From the sequence record NC_071007.1: DNA of 64,000 nt, one strand, 5' to 3'. Under the pieces are notes generated by a model. It saw nothing but the letters and a program-made list of their open reading frames with translations. It did no database searches and was not told where the DNA came from. The first letter of the stretch is position 1. The number at the start of each line of letters is the position of its first letter. Below, piece by piece: positions 19,526 through 28,052 of the stretch. Made by a program: the position numbers and the translations under genes.

Positions 19526-20813
19526 GTTTGATTATCTATTTGAAGCCTTTAATCAAAGAGCTTATGTTAATAAAAGTTTCTTGTTATCTATTTTTTCTAT
19601 TGTTAAAGATACCCCTACAAATAACACTAAGCTAAAAACTATTCCCTATGCCATGTTTAGGGATAGTGAAAAGAAAGAAGTTTATTTCATAAAGAATGAT
19701 GAACGAATTGTTATTGATCATCCTAATTTTGAATTACCGTTATTTGACAAAGATGAAAGGGTTAAAATTAATCCTGAAATTCACGGGTTTATTCAAGATA
19801 GTTTTGAAACAACAGTAGGGATCCTGTTAACCAACTTAGTTGTGTTATATGAAACAGTTGGAACAGCATCATCTTATATTAATGGTGAAATTACTGCCAA
19901 TAAGATTAAGTCATTAATAGATAAAGTTATGGTGGATGATGGAGATAATATTCCAGATGGAAAGGCCTCCGTTACAGATGTATTAAAAATTACTAAAAAC
20001 TTAGATTACCTAGAAGGGTTAAACCAAGTATTTGTAAAGGCATCTAGTTTGGACGTCCTGACAGTTCATCCTGAGGTTATTGCGCTTCGAGATAAGCTAC
20101 TGAATGAACTAGAAGCTCAAGGTAAGCTAGATGACCCTACAGCTGTTGCAAAAGCAATTGACCAAGTAATTGAATTAGATGCTAAAATTCAATTTTCAGG
20201 GCCGTCTAAAGATTTCTTTATCAACCCTAAGTTTATAGATAACGCCAGAAAGAAAATGTTTATCATTTTTGATATGGTTCCTGATTTTAATACAGGTAAA
20301 TATAAACTACTAAGAAAATCTCTCAACGAACGTTGGGATGTTGAAAACTATCCTGCTTATATCAATACAGCCATTTCCGCGTCATTTGACCGTGGCAACG
20401 CCACCGGTGAAGGTGGTGCTGAAGTTAAGTTGGCTATATTGTTAACTGGCCGTATGTTGGCAATCGATACCGATTGTGGAAGCACGCGCACTGAAACAGT
20501 TAATCTTAGTAAGTTAAACTTTAATGGTTGGGTGGGTGGTTATTACCTTAAAGACGGTAAAGTTGAACTACTGGATAAATCTCAAACTGATCTGATTGGA
20601 TCGACTTTGGAATTTAGAGTTCCTCAGAACTGTAAGCAGCCTGATGACAATTTGTGCCGTATCTGTTGCGGTGAAAAGCTAGGAAGTATTGAAACACGGC
20701 TTTCTTCTGAAACAGTTTTCATCTTTACTCAATACATGTTGACTCGAATGAAAGCGATGCACGTTTCTCAACTAAAAACATTAACCATTCCATTTGATTC
20801 AATGTTTAGATAA
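19518..20813 (+). CDS. Virion RNA polymerase beta' subunit, middle part (phiKZ gp80-like)
   Basis: Bridge-helix-like TGEGGAEVKL, then DTDCGS, CKQPDDNLCRICCGE (beta' Zn site) and TQYMLTRMKAMH. Confidence 0.8.
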   Translation: MNKFDYLFEAFNQRAYVNKSFLLSIFSIVKDTPTNNTKLKTIPYAMFRDSEKKEVYFIKNDERIVIDHPNFELPLFDKDERVKINPEIHGFIQDSFETTVGILLTNLVVLYETVGTASSYINGEITANKIKSLIDKVMVDDGDNIPDGKASVTDVLKITKNLDYLEGLNQVFVKASSLDVLTVHPEVIALRDKLLNELEAQGKLDDPTAVAKAIDQVIELDAKIQFSGPSKDFFINPKFIDNARKKMFIIFDMVPDFNTGKYKLLRKSLNERWDVENYPAYINTAISASFDRGNATGEGGAEVKLAILLTGRMLAIDTDCGSTRTETVNLSKLNFNGWVGGYYLKDGKVELLDKSQTDLIGSTLEFRVPQNCKQPDDNLCRICCGEKLGSIETRLSSETVFIFTQYMLTRMKAMHVSQLKTLTIPFDSMFR

Positions 20814-20832
20814 AACAAATGAAATAAAGATC

Positions 20833-20859
20833 CCTCTGCAACCCATTGGGTTGCAGAGG
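20833..20859. terminator. Bidirectional hairpin between convergent genes
   Basis: cctctgcaaccca-t-tgggttgcagagg. Confidence 0.75.
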
Positions 20860-20866
20860 TGATCAA

Positions 20867-21448
20867 TTAGAATAACAAACATTGAACAGCAACCGTTAAT
20901 TGTGTAGTTGTTGTATAGTACCGAAAGTTAACTAAATTCAATTTATTTGCCATTGACATTTCTTCATAAAGATAATTAACGTTTTCATTATAACTATCAC
21001 AACTAATGTCTTCTGCCAATTTGTTAATAAAATTAGTTAATTGGTTTTCAATGTAAATAGCTTGTTCTACATAACCTGTTTCTGTTTTAGGAATTTCATG
21101 AAAATCATAGAAAGACCCATCACAATGGTTTTGCATCAAACTTACTGTTTCGCAAATTAATTGTTCTTCTATATCTGCAAAATCATCAATGGGTTCTAAT
21201 AAGGTAATCCGTGGGTGAAAGATGACATTCAGACTACATTCTAATGCTAAATGAATCTGTTCTTCGTTCCAGCCTTCAACGTAATCTTCTAAATCACAAA
21301 CGTTAAAATTTAGAACTAATATTTCTTTGTTTGGTTTGTAAAAGGGTTCATTCCCAATATCCGATTTTAAAGTCTGGATCAGCGAACAAGACAAATCTTG
21401 TTGTGGTATCATAAATTGTTGTGACATATTTATAAAATCCTGCATCAC
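20867..21448 (-). CDS. Acidic hypothetical protein
   Basis: 193-aa ORF; start may lie a few codons in. Confidence 0.55.
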   Translation of the reverse strand: MMQDFINMSQQFMIPQQDLSCSLIQTLKSDIGNEPFYKPNKEILVLNFNVCDLEDYVEGWNEEQIHLALECSLNVIFHPRITLLEPIDDFADIEEQLICETVSLMQNHCDGSFYDFHEIPKTETGYVEQAIYIENQLTNFINKLAEDISCDSYNENVNYLYEEMSMANKLNLVNFRYYTTTTQLTVAVQCLLF

Positions 21449-21791
21449 TAAAGTTTAAACCGTAAAAGGTTGGATCATGCCAAAGTGCATTGTAATGTTT
21501 CTGAATTTCTTCATAAACCAATTGACAGTTTAGTTTATCCAAAGGTCCAAGATTGTTGTAAAGTTCCTGCACACTCGTCATTGCATCATTATAGTCACCT
21601 GGTGCAGAGACAAGTGTTTGTCCTAATGAATATATTAAAATTTCTAGCAATACGATCTGGGGAGTATCAACGGCTGTAACAAATTTTGGGTTAATCATTA
21701 ACCAAGCAGTTGTTGTTACATTTGGGACTTGTACGGGTTTATCGTCATAAACCCCAACTCCAATTGCGTTTAATTCATTTTCATCAAACAT
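21348..21791 (-). CDS. Acidic hypothetical protein
   Basis: Likely start ATG 21791 (MFDENEL), overlapping the upstream stop. Confidence 0.55.
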   Translation of the reverse strand: MFDENELNAIGVGVYDDKPVQVPNVTTTAWLMINPKFVTAVDTPQIVLLEILIYSLGQTLVSAPGDYNDAMTSVQELYNNLGPLDKLNCQLVYEEIQKHYNALWHDPTFYGLNFSDAGFYKYVTTIYDTTTRFVLFADPDFKIGYWE

Positions 21792-22275
21792 AATTAATAT
21801 CCGGTGGAAGACCAACAATGTTGGTATAATTAACATAATTGTCAATTGTTGCGTATATACCCATTAGTGTACTATTAGCATCTGGGGACAATCCTTCCTG
21901 TAACGCTATAATAATCGTTTTAGGTTTAATTTGGTACACACACATGGAAATTCCTTCTGACGTTGTTATAACATCATTTAAGAGTGCTCCTTGATTGACC
22001 ATGATATCTCTTAAACCTTCATTACATATACTGTATTCTTTTTCAAAGTTTGCGACACTTCCATAACAATCGGCCAGCATTTCACCCATTGCAAAACTTG
22101 CAATGTCCAATGAGAAAACATTATCGATAGATGTATCCGGATTATCTCGGCTATGGGCAATTAATGTACATATCCCACTACCTATTACATGAAGAAGGTC
22201 CTCATCTTCAATATCAATGTAAAATGAAAAAGTTAATATATTTGGTAGTGTAAAATTCTCTAATAATTTTTCCAT
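21784..22275 (-). CDS. Acidic hypothetical protein
   Basis: 163-aa ORF with SD aagg. Confidence 0.55.
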   Translation of the reverse strand: MEKLLENFTLPNILTFSFYIDIEDEDLLHVIGSGICTLIAHSRDNPDTSIDNVFSLDIASFAMGEMLADCYGSVANFEKEYSICNEGLRDIMVNQGALLNDVITTSEGISMCVYQIKPKTIIIALQEGLSPDANSTLMGIYATIDNYVNYTNIVGLPPDINYV

Positions 22276-22293
22276 GGTAAACCTTGGGATAGT

Positions 22294-22324
22294 TGACTTT
22301 AGGAACCATAGGCTCCTAAAGTCA
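22294..22324 (-). terminator. Hairpin terminator (probably the original helicase terminator)
   Basis: tgactttagga...tcctaaagtca, immediately after the displaced helicase 3'-end copy. Confidence 0.65.
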
Positions 22325-22337
22325 GTTTTAATTTAAG

Positions 22338-22409
22338 TTAAACAGTTACACCACTATCAATCGGTTCAAAAACTTTCATCTTTTTAGTAAAGATACCTTT
22401 TCTTTTCCT
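22338..22409 (-). repeat. Displaced duplicate of the last 23 codons + stop of the SF2 helicase gene
   Basis: Translates RKRKGIFTKKMKVFEPIDSGVTV*, versus helicase C-terminus RKRKGIFTKKMKTFEPIDSGVTV* (23488..23559); 17 nt differences in 69, all synonymous except one codon. Confidence 0.92.
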
Positions 22410-23430
22410 TAGAAAAAAGATGCTGTTTTTGTTCATCAGTTAAACCATTTGGATATTTCGAACCCTCTTCTTTTGAGACTCTTGTCCAAATACAACCTTT
22501 GTGGAATCTTATCTTTTTATTTATATTGTCGGCTATTCCACTGGGTGAAAACCCATATTTTTCTAATTCTTTACTACCGTATAAAACAAACTGCTGATTT
22601 TTACAAGGACCTTCTGAGATAATAGTCCCGACTGTTGCTAACACGTTAGATCTTCCATTAGATGGGTCTCTCAGTATTTTTAAATCTTTGTTTGAAATAC
22701 CTAATTCTTTATTTTGGACTTCTTCTGCATCAACCTTTTCCCATAAACAATTAAGGTATAAATTTCCGGTATTAATGGCGTCATAGACTTCACCATTATT
22801 AAACCCGTATTTTCTTAAGCTTGGAATTTGATAAAAATAATATTCTTTTTCAAACAAAGGTCCAGGGAGTTTAACAATACATTTAAAATACGTCGATTTC
22901 TTAACACCTGACCCAATGGCTTTAAGTATATTTTCTTTTTGAGTTACCCATTCAAGATTTGATTTAAGATTATGGGTTTTGTTATCATTTTTATGGTTGA
23001 CAACAAGTTTCTTTTTAAAACTTTTCAAGTGTTTTGGGATAGGGATAAATGTGCAAGCTACTACTCGATGTGCTTTGAATCTTTCAAAACCATTTTTGGT
23101 TTTTAAATCAACTGCAAGATAACCTTTACCATTGTTATATCCAATTGTAACACTTAAATCTTTTCTACCACTAGAAATTAAACGCCCACTGGTACTTATT
23201 AATTTTGAAAAATCAACTATTGTTTTAGATTCTTTATTTTTCCCGCCACCGTATTTACTCCCAAAATGTTCTGGGAAATCCCACCCGACATAATTAGGAT
23301 TTTTCTTTCTTTGTTTTTCAATGTATTCATGTCGCAACTGAACACGTTGGTCATAAGTAAGTATATCCCAATCAAAATTAAGAACGATTGAAATAGGTTT
23401 ATAAAATAATAATCTTTCATCTATTTTCAT
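22384..23430 (-). mobile_element. Free-standing HNH homing endonuclease
   Basis: HRVVACTFIP...VVNHKNDNKTHNLKSNLEWVTQKEN (HNH_3-type core) and two C-terminal DNA-binding-like repeats; SD taaggt; inserted at the helicase 3' end. Confidence 0.9.
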
Positions 23431-23445
23431 GACATAACCTTAGAG

Positions 23446-23479
23446 CTAACTTACCAAGACAGCTGTCTTGGTAAGTTAG
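23446..23479 (-). terminator. 34-bp perfect palindrome between helicase and HNH genes
   Basis: ctaacttaccaagacag|ctgtcttggtaagttag. Confidence 0.75.
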
Positions 23480-23487
23480 TATTTAAT

Positions 23488-25020
23488 TTAAACTGTAACG
23501 CCGCTGTCTATAGGTTCAAATGTTTTCATTTTCTTAGTGAAAATACCTTTTCTCTTGCGCCCGTAAGCCACCTGTTTTGGCTCGTCCACACAAACAAAGT
23601 AAACAAAGATTGGATCAAGATCACTCCACCATTCATCAATTGGTCTAGTTCTACCAACCATTTGATCATTACGTTGTGAAGATGATACAGCTATAGGTGA
23701 AAATACCGCATAAAGCTTTTTAATATCTTTACCTGTTCCACAGCTTCCAGGTGTTGTTACGACATTTCGATGTTCTCGATAGGCCGTTGGATTCTTTTTG
23801 TTTGTAACTGAGTTAAAAACGATAGAATCAAGTTCTGGGTAGTCTTGAAGTAATCGTTTATTAAATCTTTCACAAAACTCAATTGTCGCAAAGAACCACA
23901 TCGACTTCTGACCTTCTCGATACTCATCCATGTAAAACATGTCATAAGCACCTTTGAGCATTTGATAATAACGCTCAAACACATCTGCTCTTTTTAGGAT
24001 ACCTTGTTCAAATTTAACATGAGAATATCCCCCAAAGCCTTTTGTATTAATTCTGTATTCCCATAACTTCATTCGATGGAAATAAGAAATTACACGAATA
24101 TACTGAGTATACTCAGGTGGTTTTAAATAAGAGGTATGTGGGAAGATTTGCGAATAAATACCATTGATAAACTCATCATCACCTTTTAAGGTTGCTGAAA
24201 GAATAATGGTTTTATTCACGTTACCGTACATTAAGCTATTGTAAACAGAATAAATTGATTCATGAGCTTCATCAATAATTCTGGTACCAATTCCAAGGTC
24301 ACTATAGATTTGATCGAGTGTTGGCAGAGTTGGTTCTTCCTTACACTTTTTCAGATAAATGTCAATTTTACTTAATGGTAAAATAATGACTTTTGGATCA
24401 CAAATGCCGTTCTTAATATTTTCATGGACTTGTTGAACATTAAGGATATCAGCAACTAAAATATCTTGAGGAGAGATATTGTAAAACTCCCCCATAGCTT
24501 TAATCCAAATATCTACGTATCTTGGAAGAACAGTAATTAAGACACGTTCGCCTAAGTTTTTAGCTGTATATAGCGCGCAGAAGCTCTTCCCACCGCCTGT
24601 TGTCATATTGTTTACAACTAACGAAAGTGGTCCTCCCATGAAATCACAATACTCTTCTTGCATTTCATTACGAGGTTTAATCTTGTCATTTAGAAAAGGA
24701 ATATTAACTTTTTTAGCTTCTATTTTCTTTTCATCTTCAATTCTAATTCTTGAGCGCTTGTATCCGCTACTTTCCATAATCCTAAGCAATTCTTCTAGCT
24801 TAGAGGGATTAAAGCGTAATTCTGTTTCATTGTGATTAAAGCGGGCATAAACTTGTTTTACTTCCCACTTAAATGTTCCGAATAATTCACCCGGAACCTT
24901 CTGAAATCGAAAGAAGTTCCTTTTGCAAAAAGGTCTTAACACTTGTCTAACGAGTTCAGGCTTGAAGTCCGTTAGGCGGACATAGGTACTCGCCTTATAG
25001 ACTGTCAACGTAGTTCTCAT
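23488..25020 (-). CDS. Superfamily 2 (DExH) helicase (phiKZ gp75-like)
   Basis: Walker A TTGGGKS, motif II DEAH, motif III SAT, motif VI QMVGRTR; likely start ATG 25020. Confidence 0.9.
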   Translation of the reverse strand: MRTTLTVYKASTYVRLTDFKPELVRQVLRPFCKRNFFRFQKVPGELFGTFKWEVKQVYARFNHNETELRFNPSKLEELLRIMESSGYKRSRIRIEDEKKIEAKKVNIPFLNDKIKPRNEMQEEYCDFMGGPLSLVVNNMTTGGGKSFCALYTAKNLGERVLITVLPRYVDIWIKAMGEFYNISPQDILVADILNVQQVHENIKNGICDPKVIILPLSKIDIYLKKCKEEPTLPTLDQIYSDLGIGTRIIDEAHESIYSVYNSLMYGNVNKTIILSATLKGDDEFINGIYSQIFPHTSYLKPPEYTQYIRVISYFHRMKLWEYRINTKGFGGYSHVKFEQGILKRADVFERYYQMLKGAYDMFYMDEYREGQKSMWFFATIEFCERFNKRLLQDYPELDSIVFNSVTNKKNPTAYREHRNVVTTPGSCGTGKDIKKLYAVFSPIAVSSSQRNDQMVGRTRPIDEWWSDLDPIFVYFVCVDEPKQVAYGRKRKGIFTKKMKTFEPIDSGVTV

Positions 25021-25131
25021 ACGAAACCTCAACTGAACACATAGGAATTTAAATTAGACCCTTGATTTTACTGGGTTCAAACTATTATTGTCTAATGAAT
25101 GCTCATTCCAGTGTTTTTATAACCATTTTGA

Positions 25132-25151
25132 AAAGGGAACATGTTCCCTTT
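25132..25151 (-). terminator. 20-bp perfect palindrome / hairpin
   Basis: aaagggaaca|tgttcccttt. Confidence 0.5.
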
Positions 25152-25157
25152 GTTATT

Positions 25158-25529
25158 TTACTTAATTTCGGTTAAAACTTCTTTACCATTTATAATGTTA
25201 AATTGGTAGTGTTTCTTTTCACCAAAGAAAGTTTGCTTTTCTTTACTGGCAATTGCAAAACCGCTACCAATACCGACGCGGCCAATATCCGCATCATACA
25301 TTTGTTTAATTGTAAAATAGATGTCGTCAGTATGAACACTTGATTTCAATAGCAAACAAACAGTTTGCGTTCCGGTTTGTCTAATCCCCAGACAAGATTT
25401 AGCAAAAACAATTTTCCCTTTCTTATTTTTAATTTCAGCTTGTCTATTTTTACTGATAAAATCCATCAACCAGCGTGGAACTTTCCGGCCTTGTTTAAAA
25501 CAATAAAACTTTTTCATTTTATCACCCAT
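25158..25529 (-). CDS. Basic hypothetical protein
   Basis: 123-aa ORF overlapping the upstream stop. Confidence 0.55.
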   Translation of the reverse strand: MGDKMKKFYCFKQGRKVPRWLMDFISKNRQAEIKNKKGKIVFAKSCLGIRQTGTQTVCLLLKSSVHTDDIYFTIKQMYDADIGRVGIGSGFAIASKEKQTFFGEKKHYQFNIINGKEVLTEIK

Positions 25530-25776
25530 TATAAATTAAAGTAAACTTTTTAATTAAATCGAGATATTTCTGGTCAGCGTTTGGACTAAATTTAATTAAA
25601 GGTCCTGAAGCTTTAACAGAAGTAGGCATTGCAATCCATCTGTCACCATCCTTTTTAATATATAAATCTGTACCGGCAGTGATGGTCACCTTTTTATTAG
25701 TTTGAGGAATTAAAGGGTAGGTAATAAGTTCTTTTGGGAATTCATCCCCTTCTCTTATTAAGAAATGTTTTTTCAT
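25522..25776 (-). CDS. Hypothetical protein
   Basis: 84-aa ORF; ATGA overlap with the upstream small ORF. Confidence 0.55.
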   Translation of the reverse strand: MKKHFLIREGDEFPKELITYPLIPQTNKKVTITAGTDLYIKKDGDRWIAMPTSVKASGPLIKFSPNADQKYLDLIKKFTLIYNG

Positions 25777-25931
25777 TTGACTTTTCCCGAATTTAGTTCT
25801 ATTACCAATACGTTATCCCGATTTATTGGCTTAGGTGTAGGTGGTCTTTTTGCTAGTATTTTAGTTACTTGAAAACCACGTCTGATTAATTCTTTAATTA
25901 AATCATCGGTTTCAATATTAGAAAGTTTCAT
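25773..25931 (-). CDS. Small hypothetical protein (52 aa), not in the ORF track
   Basis: MKLSNIETDDLIKELIRRGFQVTKILAKRPPTPKPINRDNVLVIELNSGKVK; SD taaggag; its stop overlaps the next ATG (ATGA). Confidence 0.65.
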   Translation of the reverse strand: MKLSNIETDDLIKELIRRGFQVTKILAKRPPTPKPINRDNVLVIELNSGKVK

Positions 25932-25954
25932 ATTAAAAGAAAACTCCTTAAAAA

Positions 25955-25978
25955 GTCAGAGGAGTTTCCTCCTCTGAC
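25955..25978 (-). terminator. Hairpin terminator after nvRNAP beta'-C
   Basis: gtcagaggag-tttc-ctcctctgac. Confidence 0.65.
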
Positions 25979-25984
25979 CTAATG

Positions 25985-28003
25985 TTAATTTGCCAATGTC
26001 TGCATAAATGCTTCCAGCGCCCCACCTTGCCGATTCTTAATTAAGAACTTATAAGGATCTTTAAGGAGTGATTCATTTTGATAACCATAAATTAGTGCGT
26101 TACACATTCCTCGATGGATGACAGCTTCATGCAAGGAAAGGATAACACGTTGGTCATCAGCACCAGGAAGACCATAGTTAAGATTAGTTGGATCTCGGGC
26201 CATACAGGAGAACAAGAAAATATCGTGCAAAACAATGTTTGCATTTTTATACTTCTCATCCACCACTTTCCACAAAGAAACCAACAATTCACCATGTATT
26301 TCTTCGGTGATAAAATAATCCCATCGACGACGAAGTTCTTTAAACAAGAAGAAAGATTCTACTCGTTTACGATAAGCATCGAGATCTTCGTTAACTTCCG
26401 GTAGTTCAAATGCAGGTTCATCGGAACTAAAATCTTTTAAGGATATTTTATATGTTTTACCTTCATTCTCAATGGGTTGAGACATTAGGTATTCCACAAA
26501 TGTCTTTGTCATCCTAGCATCGCGACTGGCTACTGTAGTAACAATAATCGGATAATGGGTAGCTCGAACATCTGGGAACATTGGATTGACAACAGATACT
26601 TTTAACTGGATTTTCTCGTATGTTCTTAGGCGGTTTCCATCAAGTTCATCTAATGATTCCATGAAAGAGTAATCAGAGAAATCTTGTTGGGTTTCTTTAT
26701 CCAAGATCAAATAAGGGTCAGCTTCCTCATTCAAAATCTTTTCATTAAAATAAATGAAATCTCCTTGTTCATCTGTTTTAATATAATCAGCATCTCGAGG
26801 GTTGACTTTATACCCAACTGAAGTTGCTGTCCCTATCCGGTGTTTTGTTTTTAGGATAGATTGGCCGATAGGCTCGGCGAATGTCGACCCATAAAACAAT
26901 CCCGGAACGGCTCCACGTTTAGTGTATGGGTTATATGGAACCGCTGATTCCATTTTACCAAAACACTTAGAACATGGTTTTCCTGTTCTTCCGTGATTAC
27001 ACCAACCAACAGAACGGATCTTAATGAAATCCCCGGTATTGATTTTATCTAATGCTTCTCCATAAAGTAGTTCAGTTGTTCCATCATCCAGGATTCGCCA
27101 TTTACCGGCTAAGGATTTCTTAAAGTCTTTACTAATCACTTTAATTTTGGGACCTTTGGTGGAACCGCAATCTGTTTGATAAGTAATTCCTTGAACAACC
27201 TGAGCAAGGTTATGAACTTTCTTGTGGAACCATTCTGAATCTTGGAGGGCTGCGCCGTTAGAGATCAAAGAGAAACCGGCACCTTTACTATCAGCAAGAG
27301 AATCTGCTAGGTTAGTAATCCCATCCCCATATGAACTCAATACAGCGTTAGGAAGAATGCTGGAATCCAGATCAGTTACGTATCCTCGAGCAATGATCAA
27401 TTGGAAAGATTGGACGCTTGATACAGCCCTTGTTCGATAAAGCAATCCAAATACTGAACGATCAAAATCAGGATCCGTCATCATGATCTGTTCAAATTCA
27501 ATCATTGCATCACCCAGGTTTGTTTCACCCCTTGTGACACGTTCTTTTAGATTAGCTATTTTTGGATTCTTATAAGCGTGGTTAATGTCATATGTACTAC
27601 CAGCAACAACACCTGTTTCTGACTTAACACACATATAGTTGTGTATTTGATTATGCCAAACAAAAATCAATTGTTTAATCAGATCATAACCATCGGGATC
27701 ATTCATGTCGATCATGACACGTTTCAAGAAATTATCGATGGGTTTAGTGAGAAGACCGTCATCAATAAAGGCTTGTCGGTTTTCTTCTGGTTTTAATACC
27801 ACTACTTCATCGATTAAGTATGGGTAATTGTTAAAATAACGATGTATTCCCAAACTGAACCAAGTGAGAGCAAGTAACCAGGAATCGGTGACAACTTTAT
27901 CTCCATTATCATCTTCAACCTCACAACGATAGCGTCTTGTCGTATCATCCAAAACAGTTACTAAATTACTGTTTGCCCATTCGCGCAATTTGATCTTTTT
28001 CAT
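25985..28003 (-). CDS. Non-virion RNA polymerase beta' subunit, C-terminal part (phiKZ gp74-like)
   Basis: 672 aa; QLIIARG, bridge-helix region SEWFHKK, TDCGS, C-H...CSKC Zn site, trigger-loop-like EPIGQSILKTKH. Confidence 0.88.
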   Translation of the reverse strand: MKKIKLREWANSNLVTVLDDTTRRYRCEVEDDNGDKVVTDSWLLALTWFSLGIHRYFNNYPYLIDEVVVLKPEENRQAFIDDGLLTKPIDNFLKRVMIDMNDPDGYDLIKQLIFVWHNQIHNYMCVKSETGVVAGSTYDINHAYKNPKIANLKERVTRGETNLGDAMIEFEQIMMTDPDFDRSVFGLLYRTRAVSSVQSFQLIIARGYVTDLDSSILPNAVLSSYGDGITNLADSLADSKGAGFSLISNGAALQDSEWFHKKVHNLAQVVQGITYQTDCGSTKGPKIKVISKDFKKSLAGKWRILDDGTTELLYGEALDKINTGDFIKIRSVGWCNHGRTGKPCSKCFGKMESAVPYNPYTKRGAVPGLFYGSTFAEPIGQSILKTKHRIGTATSVGYKVNPRDADYIKTDEQGDFIYFNEKILNEEADPYLILDKETQQDFSDYSFMESLDELDGNRLRTYEKIQLKVSVVNPMFPDVRATHYPIIVTTVASRDARMTKTFVEYLMSQPIENEGKTYKISLKDFSSDEPAFELPEVNEDLDAYRKRVESFFLFKELRRRWDYFITEEIHGELLVSLWKVVDEKYKNANIVLHDIFLFSCMARDPTNLNYGLPGADDQRVILSLHEAVIHRGMCNALIYGYQNESLLKDPYKFLIKNRQGGALEAFMQTLAN

Positions 28004-28052
28004 TGCTTTCCCTTAATGCAAGAAAATGCGGTCAATTGACCGCATTACCTTT

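Noticed and set aside
25087-25111. Faint resemblance (ctggaa..gcatt..agaca) to the 3' end of nvRNAP beta'-C, suggesting a second displaced gene end
   Set aside because: Short, gapped and not in frame; compatible with chance in AT-rich DNA.
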